Shown here piece after piece: positions 63,022 through 64,000 of a stretch of DNA of 64,000 nucleotides. The position numbers and the translations under genes were made by a program. Location of the stretch: positions 8,637,554 to 8,701,553 of the forward strand of contig BFEA01000003.1 in the NCBI GenBank assembly GCA_003427395.1, in the 5' to 3' direction. Positions within the stretch are counted from its first letter, which is position 1, and each line of letters starts with the position of its first letter. The DNA is from Chara braunii (taxonomy: Eukaryota; Plantae; Charophyceae). Under the pieces are notes generated by a model that saw only the letters and a program-made list of their open reading frames with translations, did not search any database and was not told the origin of the DNA.

Positions 63022-64000
63022 AGAACAGAGAAATCATAAACTTCACATGGTTGTCAATACTCACCGGTGGAGCAGACTACTCTAAAATAAAACAAGAGGG
63101 CAGTCGGTGTTTGGGTTGCAAGAGATTTTGAGTTAAGGAGCAGCCGTTGCCTATGGTAAGTGTCCGTCCATTCCTACAGACCGGACAGGACTGTTTCGGG
63201 TGTGGACAGTGGAAGCACCGCATCCAATTCTCGCAGTTGTACTTGCCGTATTGAATGGCACGGTGTAGACAGATGTCACAGGCTACGTGGCTCCTATGTG
63301 CTAGGAACACAGAGGCACGCCGACCACAATTGTATAGGCATCATCTTTCCAGCCCCTGTTTTAAAATGGACATGACCAACCAACCAGCCTAGCTCAGTTG
63401 GTACAACCGTGAACTGTTGAAATACAGATGAGTCACGTGAGTTCAAATCATACATGCAAGTGCACGCCGTGAGGAGAATTCCGCACGGTGCAGCGCACGG
63501 CATGCGCAGCGCACAGGGGAAATATTCACTCAGAAAAAAAAAAGGGGTCGCATGGCTGGGTCAATGGTCACCTGTGTCCCCCTTTGAAGACTTGTTGTGG
63601 GATGGAAAAGAAAACAAAACAAAACTGGTGGGAGAGTAATGACGCTACCGAAAGGAAGACTGATGCCCCAGACACCTATTTGAGGCTATTTCTCATGCCC
63701 AATTGGTATGGAAAGGAAAATCTGTATGACTGTACTTGAAAACACTCTATTCCTTAGGTGTTGCACTCTTCTGTATCTACAAAAACAGGAGGAGGGGGGG
63801 GGGAGAGGGAAACTGCTGCTGGTAGGGTGCACGAGCAGGTGCCGCACAGTACGGCACACAGTGCGGCTGCAAGTATTGTGCAAATCCATATGAAATCTGT
63901 TGAATGAACTTCTGAATTACTTGGGGCCTGTCAGTTCCAAAATGATATCCTAAGGCCGTCGCACTTTCTTTTTTTTTCTTTTTTTTTAACAAGCCCCTTC

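Overview
Eukaryotic repeat desert with no confidently identifiable host gene and five N-gaps. It is most likely from a streptophyte alga such as Chara; this is inferred from repeat content only. It contains two full-length but decayed chromodomain-bearing Ty3/gypsy LTR retrotransposons (4870-15387 +, 48890-57539 -). Both have 4-bp TSDs, an iMet PBS and a candidate -1 frameshift signal. Also present are a gag-only LTR remnant, two probable solo LTRs, four decayed L1/Tx1-type LINEs (two long, two fragments), a Penelope-like RT remnant ending in a minimal hammerhead ribozyme, two small TIR DNA elements and a Nextera adapter artefact. The most notable signal is a ~55-nt module found in about 13 dispersed copies plus 3 partial repeats. 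Nearly all complete copies lie just upstream of a poly(A) tail. The module folds, with compensatory changes visible between copies, into two tandem H-type pseudoknots, often followed by a hairpin whose 7-nt loop is conserved while the stem is replaced. It caps several unrelated non-autonomous retroposon bodies arranged head-to-tail.
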